Assembly: GCF_011065895.1 (NCBI RefSeq)
Contig: NZ_JAALCR010000039.1
Coordinates: 14,496-46,495, forward strand
DNA length: 32,000 nucleotides
Origin: Paludisphaera rhizosphaerae
Lineage (GTDB): Bacteria; Planctomycetota; Planctomycetia; Isosphaerales; Isosphaeraceae
Reading direction: 5' to 3'
Shown: in pieces, positions 6,767 to 13,896 of the stretch
How positions within the stretch are numbered: the first letter of the stretch is position 1
How the letters are laid out: every line of letters begins with the position of its first letter
Program-made: the position numbers and the translations under genes
Notes under the pieces: generated by a model
Told to the model about the DNA's origin: nothing
Database searches by the model: none
The model's input: the letters and a program-made list of their open reading frames with translations, nothing else

Positions 6767-9070
6767 ATGAAGAAGACGAAGAGCACCACCGGCGACGGAA
6801 CCAAGCCTCTCTTCTTCAATCGAGGCCAGTGCGAATCGTCCCTTCTCCCCTCGGGAGAAGGTGCCGCGCAGCGGCGGATGAGGGTCGCCGCGCTTCGGGA
6901 AGAGATCCGCTCTCGCGGCATACCGTCCGAAATCCGACGACCCTCACCCGACCCTTCGGGCCACCCTCTCCCGGCGGGAGAGGGAACGTTCCATCGCCTT
7001 CATCTTCAACGCCAAGGCCCCGCGCGTCCAGCATGCGGCCAGGCCCTGACCGTCCTGGCGCTCATACTCTTACCCCTCACAACCGCGCCCGCCGCCGAGC
7101 ATAAAACCAGCGTCGCCATCGTCGGCGACGCCTTCCACATCAACGGTCGGCCGACGTTCGAGGGCCGGGTCTGGAAGGGGAAGAGGGTCGAAGGGTTGCT
7201 GCCGAACTCGCGGATGGTCCAGGGGATTTTTGACGATCGCAACCCGGAGACTCGCCCTCGGTTCGCCTACCCGGACACGGGCGTCTGGGACGCCGAGCGC
7301 AACACCCGCGAGTTTATCGCCGCCATGCCCGAGTGGCGCCGCCACGGGCTGCTCGCGTTCACGATCTGCCTTCAGGGCGGCAGCCCGGAGGGCTACTCGA
7401 AGGACCAGCCGTGGCACAACTCGGCCATCGAGGCCGACGGCTCATTACGAGCCCCGGATATGGCCCGGCTCGCCCGCATCCTCGACCGCGCGGACGAACT
7501 GGGGATGGTCGTGATCCTGGGCCTCTTCTACTTCGGCCAGGACCAGCGCCTGGCCGACGAAGCGGCCGTCGTCCACGCCGTCGACGAGGCCGCGGCCTGG
7601 GTGCTCGCCGGCGGCTGGCGGAACGTGATGATCGAGGTCGCCAACGAATGCAACGTCCGCTACGACCATGAAATCCTCCGGCCGAAGCGCGTTCATGAAT
7701 TGATCGAACGCGTGAAGGCGAAGACCGTCGACGGCCGCAGGCTGCTCGCGGGCGTCAGCTACGGCGGCGGTACGATCCCCGGCGAGAACGTCGTCCGCGC
7801 CTCCGACTTCCTCCTGATCCACGGCAACGGCGTGGCCGATCCCGAGAAGATCGCCGCCATGGTCAAACGTACCCGCCAGGTCCCGGGCTACACCCCCAAG
7901 CCCATCCTCTTCAACGAGGACGACCACTTCGACTTCGACAAGCCCGCCAACAACTTCCTCGCGGCTCTCACCGAATACGCCTCGTGGGGCTACTTCGACC
8001 CCGGCGATCGCGGCCCTGACGGCAAGCGACTGCCCAACTACGCCGACGGCTACCAGACCGTCCCCGTCAACTGGACGATCAACACGCCGCGCAAACGGGC
8101 CTTCTTCAACCTGCTGGCCGAGATCGTCGGCGCGGACGCCGGCGGGGCCTCGCCGGGTCCCGTCAAGCTGATCCTCGACACCGACATGTCCGGCGACTGC
8201 GACGACGCCGGCGCGATGGCCCTCCTGCTCGCCCTGGCCGATCGCGGCGAGTGCGACCTGCTTGCCATCCCCGTGAACCGCGCCGACCGCACGAAGGCCT
8301 CGGCCGCCGCCGTCGACGCAATCGCCACCTATTACGGCCGGCCGAACATCCCGATCGGCACCGACAAGCAGGGCCCCACCGCCCTCCAACGCACCAGCGC
8401 CTATGCCCCCGCCCTCCGCGACGGCTTCCCCAACGACGTCGGCCCCGACGACCAGGCGCCCGACGCGCTCGACGTCTATTGCAAGGCCCTGTCGGACCAG
8501 CCCGACGGCTCCGTGACGATCTGCTCCGTTGGCGCGCTGTCGAACCTCGCCGAACTCCACCGCCGCGAGCCCGCCTTGGTGCGGGCGAAGGTCCGTCGGC
8601 TGGTCGTGATGGCGGGCGAGTTCCCGCCGTCGAAGAAGCCCGAGACGAACCTCTTCACCCACCTGGAGGCGTCGCGGTACGTCGCCGATCACTGGCCGGG
8701 GGAGATCGTCTGGCACGGCTTCGAGGTCGGCGAGGCCCTGTTCACCGGCTCGCGATTGAAGGAGACGCCGGCGGCCAATCCCGTCCGTCGCGCCTACGAG
8801 CTGAAGCCCTACGGCAAGCGCCCGGCGATCGAAGGGGGCCAGCCGAGCTACGACCAGGCCGCGGCGCTCTTCGCGGTTCGCGGCCCGCAGCCGGAGTTCT
8901 GGCAGGTCGTCTCCGGCGGTCGCGTGCGGATCGACGACGCGGGCCTCACCCACTGGGAGCCCGACCCGAACGGCCGGCACGCCTACGTGAAAATCGCCGG
9001 CGAGCCCGCGCGGCTGGCGGCGGAGATCGAAACCCTGATGATCGCCCCGCCGAAGGGCGGCACTCCCTGA
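6767..9070 (+). CDS. Secreted two-domain hydrolase: clan GH-A-like TIM-barrel glycosidase domain fused to an inosine-uridine-preferring nucleoside hydrolase (IUNH) domain; true start uncertain
   Basis: A signal-like segment ALTVLALILLPLTTAPAAE is followed by a domain with VVILGLFYFGQDQ, IEVANECN (NE acid/base-like) and LFNEDDH. The second half has KLILDTDMSGDCDDAGAMALLLAL, the DxDxxxDD signature of IUNH, and HWPGEIVWHGFEVG. The first ~75 codons of the listed ORF are made of repeat E1. Alternative starts are the ATG at 6878 inside the repeat, or a non-canonical start near 7040. Confidence 0.85.
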   Translation: MKKTKSTTGDGTKPLFFNRGQCESSLLPSGEGAAQRRMRVAALREEIRSRGIPSEIRRPSPDPSGHPLPAGEGTFHRLHLQRQGPARPACGQALTVLALILLPLTTAPAAEHKTSVAIVGDAFHINGRPTFEGRVWKGKRVEGLLPNSRMVQGIFDDRNPETRPRFAYPDTGVWDAERNTREFIAAMPEWRRHGLLAFTICLQGGSPEGYSKDQPWHNSAIEADGSLRAPDMARLARILDRADELGMVVILGLFYFGQDQRLADEAAVVHAVDEAAAWVLAGGWRNVMIEVANECNVRYDHEILRPKRVHELIERVKAKTVDGRRLLAGVSYGGGTIPGENVVRASDFLLIHGNGVADPEKIAAMVKRTRQVPGYTPKPILFNEDDHFDFDKPANNFLAALTEYASWGYFDPGDRGPDGKRLPNYADGYQTVPVNWTINTPRKRAFFNLLAEIVGADAGGASPGPVKLILDTDMSGDCDDAGAMALLLALADRGECDLLAIPVNRADRTKASAAAVDAIATYYGRPNIPIGTDKQGPTALQRTSAYAPALRDGFPNDVGPDDQAPDALDVYCKALSDQPDGSVTICSVGALSNLAELHRREPALVRAKVRRLVVMAGEFPPSKKPETNLFTHLEASRYVADHWPGEIVWHGFEVGEALFTGSRLKETPAANPVRRAYELKPYGKRPAIEGGQPSYDQAAALFAVRGPQPEFWQVVSGGRVRIDDAGLTHWEPDPNGRHAYVKIAGEPARLAAEIETLMIAPPKGGTP
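6841..6984. repeat. Nested-palindromic MITE-like element, subfamily 1, copy E1 (~144 bp)
   Basis: Terminal 9-bp-stem hairpins CCTTCTCCC-CTC-GGGAGAAGG (6841-6861) and CCCTCTCCC-GGC-GGGAGAGGG (6964-6984). An inner inverted pair GATGAGGGTCG / CGACCCTCACC is present. The internal block TCCGAAATCCGA is shared with the copy at 19781-19940. Confidence 0.85.
8993..9018 (+). repeat. 26-nt perfect direct repeat, left copy (ATCGCCGGCGAGCCCGCGCGGCTGGC)
   Basis: Identical 26-mer at 11476-11501. Similarity extends upstream (GTGAA-A-ATCGCC versus GTGAA-TC-ATCGCC). It lies inside the last 80 nt of the 6767-9070 CDS. Confidence 0.9.
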
Positions 9071-9138
9071 TGCGACCGACTCCGGGCGCGGACGACCCGA
9101 CGTTTTCTTCCCTCGGTTCACTTCTCCAGGAGAGGCAT

Positions 9139-11472
9139 GTGCCAGGCATTCGCACTCTGCTCGCATTCGCTCTCGGCTGTGCGGCGTCGATCGCGCTCGG
9201 CTCATTTCCGGTTCCCGCGACGGCGAACGAGCCTTTGCCGAACACTCAGGCGCTGACCGAAGAGGGCGACCTCGCGGCCAAGATGGTGGCCGGGATCCAC
9301 AGGTACCTCGACCGTGAGTTGGCGGCGTCTGTCGAGAATCGGAAGGCGATGTGGAAGGTGGACGCCTCCTCGGTGGAGGCCTATCGCAGGTCGGTCGAGC
9401 CGAATCGGGCGCGGTTGCGGAAGTACCTGGGGGTCGTCGACCCGCGCCTTCCGGCGAGCGTCGAATACGTCGGCGGTCCGGATCAGCCGGCGCTCGTTGC
9501 CGAGGCCGCGGAGTATCGGGTCTACGCGATTCGCTGGGCGGTCCTGCCCGGCGTGGACGGCGAGGGCCTGTTGCTGGAGCCGAAGGGGAAGGCCGTCGCC
9601 AACGTCGTGGCCCTGCCCGACGCCGACTGGACGCCCGAGATGGCCGTCGGCCTGGCCCCGGGCGTCGCGCCCTCGGCGCAGTTCCCGCGTCGCCTGGCCG
9701 AGAACGGCGTTCGCGTGATCGTCCCCACGCTCATCGACCGCAAGGACGACTTTTCAGCGAACCCCAGGCTCAACCGCGCGACCAACCAGCCTCACCGCGA
9801 GTTCATCCACCGGATGGCCTTCGAGATGGGCCGGACCTTGCTCGGCTACGAAGTGCAAGAGGTGCTGGCCGCCGTCGACTGGTTCTGTCGCGACGAGGGC
9901 CACCCGCGCACTGGCGTCATCGGCTACGGCGAAGGCGGATTGATCGCCTTCTACGCAGCGGCGCTCGACGAGCGGATCGACGCCGGCCTGATCAGCGGCT
10001 CCTTCGGCCCTCGCGAACAGATCGCCGAGGAGCCGATCTACCACGACGTCTGGGGCCTGCTCACCGAGTTCGGCGACGGCGACGTCCTGCGCCTGATCGC
10101 CCCGAGGTCGATGGTGTTCGCGGCGGCCCCGTTCACCGCGCCGGCCGGCCCGCCCGCTCGAAGTGGGAGGAGCGGGGCCGCACCCGGAAGGAGCCAGGCC
10201 GCGAGCCCGGAAGCGGCGAAGAACGAGGCCGCAACTGTCCTTCACGAACTCGCCGGCGCCGGCGACGCCGCCCTGCGAGGCGTCCGGTTCCCCGTCGAGG
10301 CGAGCGCCGGGGCGGACGAGCCGGTTTCCGAGGCCGCCTCTGCGAGCTTCTTCCAGATGCTCGGCATCCCGGCGAAGCCAGCCGCGCCGGGGGCGCCTCC
10401 CGTCGACTCCCGCAAATCGTTCGATCCGGTCCCCCGCCAGAAGCGGCTGTTCGATCAACTGGTCGGCTTCACTCAGAAACTGTGGCGCGACAGCGAAACC
10501 ACGCGCAAGGCCTTCTGGGCCCGGGCCGACGCCCCGTCGCCGGCGAGTTGGGAGAAGTCGTGCGAGTGGTACCGCGACTACTTCCATACCGAGGTGATCG
10601 GCAAGCTCCCGGAGCCGACGATGCCCCCGAACCCGCGCACGCGGCAGGTCTACGACCAGGCGACCTGGACCGGCCATGAAGTGATGATCGACGTCTATCC
10701 GGACGTCTTCGCCTCCGGCGTCCTGCTCCTCCCGAAAGACCTCAAGCCCGGCGAGAAGCGGCCCGTGATCGTCACCCAGCACGGCCTGGAGGGGACGCCC
10801 CGGCATACCATCGATGCCGAGAAGAAGCCCGTTTACGACGAATTCTCCAGGAAGCTCGTCGAGCAGGGGTACATCGTCTACGCACCTCAGAATCCGTACT
10901 ACGGCGACACGGTGTTCCGCCAGTTGCAGCGGAAGGGGCACCCGCTCAAGCTCGCGATCTTCAGCTTCGTCATCCGCCAGCATCAGCGAACGCTCGACTG
11001 GCTGGAAACCCTGCCGAACGTCGATCCCGGGCGGATCGCATTCTACGGCCTGAGCTACGGCGGCAAGACGGCGGTCCGCGTCCCGGCCGTCGAGAAGCGC
11101 TATTGCCTCTCAATCTGCTCCGGCGACTTCAACGAATGGATCGGCAAGAACGTGTCGGTGGACCTCGACCGCAGCTACATGTGGACGCGCGAGTACGACA
11201 TGGGCGAGTTCGACATGGGGAACACCTTCAACTACGCCGAGATGGTCAATCTGATCGCGCCTCGGCCCTTCATGGTGGAGCGCGGTCACGACGACGGCGT
11301 GGGGACCGATGAGATGATCTCCTACGAATACGCGAAGGTCCGCTACCTCTACGCCAACCGCCTCAAGATCCCCGATCGCACCGAGATCGAATACCAACCC
11401 GGCGGCCACCGCATCTACGGCAAGGGAACGTTCGACTTCCTGCGGAGGCACCTGGGATGGACGAGCAAGTGA
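9139..11472 (+). CDS. Secreted tandem alpha/beta-hydrolase-fold protein (S9/dienelactone-hydrolase-like C-terminal domain; degenerate N-terminal domain)
   Basis: I chose the GTG at 9139, preceded by AGGAG at 9128-9132. It gives the signal peptide MPGIRTLLAFALGCAASIALGSFPVPATA. The listed start at 8251 overlaps the previous gene in another frame. The C-terminal domain has VIVTQHGLEG, the nucleophile elbow FYGLSYGGK, then GHDDG and GGHRIYG. The N-terminal domain has GVIGYGEGGLIAFYAA, where the elbow serine is replaced. Confidence 0.85.
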   Translation: MPGIRTLLAFALGCAASIALGSFPVPATANEPLPNTQALTEEGDLAAKMVAGIHRYLDRELAASVENRKAMWKVDASSVEAYRRSVEPNRARLRKYLGVVDPRLPASVEYVGGPDQPALVAEAAEYRVYAIRWAVLPGVDGEGLLLEPKGKAVANVVALPDADWTPEMAVGLAPGVAPSAQFPRRLAENGVRVIVPTLIDRKDDFSANPRLNRATNQPHREFIHRMAFEMGRTLLGYEVQEVLAAVDWFCRDEGHPRTGVIGYGEGGLIAFYAAALDERIDAGLISGSFGPREQIAEEPIYHDVWGLLTEFGDGDVLRLIAPRSMVFAAAPFTAPAGPPARSGRSGAAPGRSQAASPEAAKNEAATVLHELAGAGDAALRGVRFPVEASAGADEPVSEAASASFFQMLGIPAKPAAPGAPPVDSRKSFDPVPRQKRLFDQLVGFTQKLWRDSETTRKAFWARADAPSPASWEKSCEWYRDYFHTEVIGKLPEPTMPPNPRTRQVYDQATWTGHEVMIDVYPDVFASGVLLLPKDLKPGEKRPVIVTQHGLEGTPRHTIDAEKKPVYDEFSRKLVEQGYIVYAPQNPYYGDTVFRQLQRKGHPLKLAIFSFVIRQHQRTLDWLETLPNVDPGRIAFYGLSYGGKTAVRVPAVEKRYCLSICSGDFNEWIGKNVSVDLDRSYMWTREYDMGEFDMGNTFNYAEMVNLIAPRPFMVERGHDDGVGTDEMISYEYAKVRYLYANRLKIPDRTEIEYQPGGHRIYGKGTFDFLRRHLGWTSK

Positions 11473-11475
11473 ATC

Positions 11476-11501
11476 ATCGCCGGCGAGCCCGCGCGGCTGG
11501 C
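11476..11501 (+). repeat. 26-nt perfect direct repeat, right copy
   Basis: Identical to 8993-9018. It starts 4 nt after the stop codon of the 9139-11472 CDS. Confidence 0.9.
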
Positions 11502-11610
11502 TGGGCCGTTCGGCGCCCTGAGCGACTCCTGGCGTGGGCCCCCTTGCGGGCGCATACTCGGGGGGAATCGACCTGATCGAGACCCGTCGCGAGAAAGGGG
11601 GATCCTAACG

Positions 11611-12288
11611 ATGATGTTTCAACCCAAGGCCCTGACCCTGATCGCCGGGGCCCTGCTGCTGGGGGTGCCCGCCATGAGCCAGGGCCAGCAAGCGGCCGAC
11701 CCAAAGAATCCGCAGAAGCCCGCCCTGGCCAAGGACGACGGCGAGAAGCGGATCATGGAGACGATCGTCGAGGCCCGCAAAGGCCAGCGCTACGCCAATG
11801 TTTCCGAGGCCGACGGCCGCCTGATGCGGCAGCTCGTGGAGGCCCTCGGCGCCAAGCGGGTCGTCGAGCTGGGCACCAGCACCGGCGAGTCCGGCCTGTA
11901 CTTCTCGATGGCCCTGCGCAAGACGGGCGGCAAGCTCTACACCTACGACATCGACCCCGAGCGCTCGAAGGTCGCCAAGGCCAACTTTGAGAAGGCCGGC
12001 GTCATGGACCTGATCGTCATGACCCTGGGCGACGCCCACGAGACGGCCCCCAAGAACACCGACCCGATCGACGTCCTGTTCATCGACGCCGAGAAGCCCG
12101 GCTACGACGCCTACCTCCGCGAGCTGCTCCCCTACGTCCGCCCCGGCGGCCTGATCCTCGCCCACAACATGCGCCAGCCCGCCCCCAACCCGAAGTACAT
12201 CGAAGCCGTCACCACCAACCCCGACCTCGACACCTCGTTCGTCCTGATGGACGGCGCGGGCCTGGGCATCACCCTGAAGAAGCGTTGA
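11611..12288 (+). CDS. Class I SAM-dependent O-methyltransferase (family 3, caffeoyl-CoA OMT-like) with an N-terminal signal peptide
   Basis: RBS AAGGGGG lies 9 nt upstream. Signal-like MMFQPKALTLIAGALLLGVPAMSQG. SAM motif I VVELGTSTGESGLYF, then TYDIDPE, and DVLFIDAEKPGYDAYL, which is typical of the Mg-dependent OMT family. Confidence 0.9.
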   Translation: MMFQPKALTLIAGALLLGVPAMSQGQQAADPKNPQKPALAKDDGEKRIMETIVEARKGQRYANVSEADGRLMRQLVEALGAKRVVELGTSTGESGLYFSMALRKTGGKLYTYDIDPERSKVAKANFEKAGVMDLIVMTLGDAHETAPKNTDPIDVLFIDAEKPGYDAYLRELLPYVRPGGLILAHNMRQPAPNPKYIEAVTTNPDLDTSFVLMDGAGLGITLKKR

Positions 12289-12301
12289 AAAGCGGGAGCC
12301 A

Positions 12302-12323
12302 GGGGCTCGCACCCGCGAGCCCC
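12302..12323 (+). terminator. Stem-loop downstream of the O-methyltransferase gene (GGGGCTCGC-ACCC-GCGAGCCCC)
   Basis: 9-bp GC stem with a 4-nt loop, 14 nt after the stop. It is followed by TCGCCTCTGTC, which is only weakly T-rich. Confidence 0.5.
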
Positions 12324-12352
12324 TCGCCTCTGTCAGGCTGAAACCACCCGCG

Positions 12353-12391
12353 AAAAAAGCCGCCGCACCGGGTCGACCCCGATGCGGCGGC
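12353..12391 (-). terminator. Canonical intrinsic terminator for the minus-strand gene 12439-12951
   Basis: On the minus strand, GCCGCCGCA...TGCGGCGGC forms a 9-bp stem whose loop contains the inner palindrome GGGTCGACCC. It is immediately followed by TTTTTT (A353-A358 on the plus strand). Confidence 0.8.
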
Positions 12392-12438
12392 GATGTATTT
12401 CAATCGGACGTGCGGACGCCCGGTGGAATCCAATCAGG

Positions 12439-12951
12439 TTAAATGTTCGCGCCGCGCTCGCGGCGGATCTGGGCGCAGCGGTCGTAGGCGTCCTTGACGG
12501 GTTCGCGTGCGCGTTCCCATTCCATGTCGCCTTCCCAGCCGCTCTTCAGGTCGTCCTCGATGTCGCTGAACTTGCCTTCGCCGTACTGCGACTCGGCCGT
12601 GGCGCCGTAGCGATAGGCCGGGACGTGGGTGTCGAAGGTCTCGCCCTCGCGGACGTAGGGACGAGAAGAGAAGTTGTCGCGCAGCCAGTTGTCCTCGGTC
12701 GTGGGATCGATCAGCTCGCCGATCCCCTTGCCGGCGTAGCCGCCGGCGACCGCGCCGAGGGCCGCGCCGACCGCGGTCCCCACGGGGCCGGCGACCGAGC
12801 CGACCGCCGCGCCGGAGGCGGCCCCGCCGAGGGCGGCGCCGACGCCGACTTCGATCGGGTGCGAGCCCGGGGCGTCGGTGATCGGGTCTGGATTGCGGTC
12901 GCCGTGAGGCGGGAGATCGACGCTCTTCTCGGGATTGTGGGTCGTGGCCAT
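12439..12951 (-). CDS. Glycine-zipper membrane/stress-type protein (function unknown)
   Basis: 170-aa ORF with the Gly/Ala zipper VGVGAALGGAASGAAVGSVAGPVGTAVGAALGAVAGGYAGKG and a structured acidic/aromatic C-terminal domain (WLRDNF..YRYGATAESQYG..WERAREPVKDAYDR). A strong terminator lies downstream. The overlapping plus-strand ORF 12382-13068 is rejected. Confidence 0.8.
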   Translation of the reverse strand: MATTHNPEKSVDLPPHGDRNPDPITDAPGSHPIEVGVGAALGGAASGAAVGSVAGPVGTAVGAALGAVAGGYAGKGIGELIDPTTEDNWLRDNFSSRPYVREGETFDTHVPAYRYGATAESQYGEGKFSDIEDDLKSGWEGDMEWERAREPVKDAYDRCAQIRRERGANI

Positions 12952-13240
12952 GGTGTCGCTCCGGAGAGGTTTATCGTGGCTATCCCCCCGAGTCGATCCC
13001 CGGGGAGGTCGGATAAATGTGTTTGCAAATACGTTGCCATCAGATGCGACTGCAGGTCGAATTTCTGACTTTCCCTGAACGAGCGAGGCCGCCTCAAGGG
13101 AAAATGAGCCGACCCGCTTCGATGAGAGCGGCTTCTCGTCGCCCTGAGCGGTGACACGATTCTCCTCCCCGGGCGTTATCTCGATGCTGAAAGGCCCGGG
13201 GCCGAGGAACCGCGACTCCCCGGCATTCCGTCAAGTCCCG

Positions 13241-13269
13241 CTTTCCGAACTGCCGACCTTTCGTATAAT
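13241..13269 (+). promoter_or_regulatory. Possible promoter for the Cys-rich gene/cusBA: perfect TATAAT at 13264-13269 within an AT-rich island
   Basis: TATAAT lies 46 nt upstream of the ATG at 13315. The -35 region is weak (CTTTCC at 13241-13246). The inverted repeat TTTCGT (13259-13264) / ACGAAA (13280-13285) brackets the -10 box. Confidence 0.3.
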
Positions 13270-13314
13270 CACAAATAGAACGAAATCTCCCCCGGCCCCC
13301 TTTTGGACCCGGCC

Positions 13315-13770
13315 ATGACGACCCGACGAACCAGCCCGACGCTCGCGATGATCGCCCTGGCGATCGCCGCCGCGCTCGCGCTGTCGAGCGTCGGCGAGGC
13401 CTCGGCCTGCTCGTCTCCGGCTCCGGCGAAGGCTCGCGGCTGCTGCGCCAAGCGCGTCCAACCCGCCTGCGGCTGCTGCAAGACTCCCCAGAAGGAGAAG
13501 GAAGAGGCCGTCGCCCCGAAGGTCGACCTCCTCGCGTCGCTGTCGCCGGTCGAATCCGAATCCGGCCCCTCCTGCGGATGCCTCCCCGCCGATCCCGCCG
13601 CGCCGACCGAACGGCGGACGGTCGAACCGCGCAGCGAGTCCTCAACGACCCAGCCCGCGGCCGTCGCCTTTGAGATGGCACCCGTCGCGGCGACCGCCCT
13701 CGAACGCCCGACCTCTTTCGATCCGCTCCCGCGCCCCGTCTACCTGCGCACTTCCCGATTGAGATTCTGA
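13315..13770 (+). CDS. Small secreted cysteine-rich protein (candidate periplasmic metal-binding protein)
   Basis: The ATG at 13315 gives the signal peptide MTTRRTSPTLAMIALAIAAALALSSVGEASA. The mature part has 8 Cys in clusters: ACSSP, GCCAKR, ACGCCKTP, SCGC. High GC3 supports coding. It lies directly upstream of cusB-like on the same strand. The listed TTG at 13303 is an alternative start. Confidence 0.65.
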   Translation: MTTRRTSPTLAMIALAIAAALALSSVGEASACSSPAPAKARGCCAKRVQPACGCCKTPQKEKEEAVAPKVDLLASLSPVESESGPSCGCLPADPAAPTERRTVEPRSESSTTQPAAVAFEMAPVAATALERPTSFDPLPRPVYLRTSRLRF

Positions 13771-13896
13771 CGAGGCTCCTCCTGGACGCGTTTGCGTTCT
13801 AGGTTTCCCGATGGGCCTATTCCCGTCTCCTCTCCCACAGCGAGACCGGGCCGTCTTTCGATCAGAATCCTAATATCAATCAATCGGGAGTTCCCC

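Noticed and set aside
8251-9138. Upstream 296 codons of the listed 1073-aa ORF (8251-11472)
   Set aside because: It overlaps the 3' third of the preceding gene in another frame and is Arg/Pro-rich. A good RBS plus a signal peptide begin at 9139, so only 9139-11472 is called.
7445-9205. 586-aa minus-strand ORF opposite the glycosidase/IUNH gene
   Set aside because: Low-complexity Gly/Arg/Val/Asp-rich translation with no motifs. The plus strand carries recognisable hydrolase signatures.
8993-11501. Interpreting the 26-nt direct repeats as target-site duplications of a transposon
   Set aside because: The repeats are too long for a typical TSD. The enclosed segment has no terminal inverted repeats and no transposase. 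The observation is kept as an insertion/duplication footprint only.
11473-11610. Stop-free 46-codon spacer in the same frame as both the hydrolase (TGA at 11470) and the methyltransferase (ATG at 11611), suggesting TGA read-through or a fusion
   Set aside because: Stop codons are rare in GC-rich DNA, so 46 open codons plus a 1-in-3 frame match is unremarkable. The methyltransferase has its own RBS and N-terminal signal-like segment. No SECIS-like or recoding signal was recognised.
13545-13570. tRNA T-arm-like string GGTCGAATCCGAATCC
   Set aside because: It lies inside a high-GC3 coding frame (PVESESGP). No acceptor or anticodon stems can be formed around it.
12382-13681. ORFs 12382-13068 (+), 12711-13157 (-) and 13094-13681 (-)
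   Set aside because: They overlap better-supported genes: the glycine-zipper gene with its own intrinsic terminator, and the Cys-rich signal-peptide gene. Their translations are Arg/Ala/Gly/Pro-rich.
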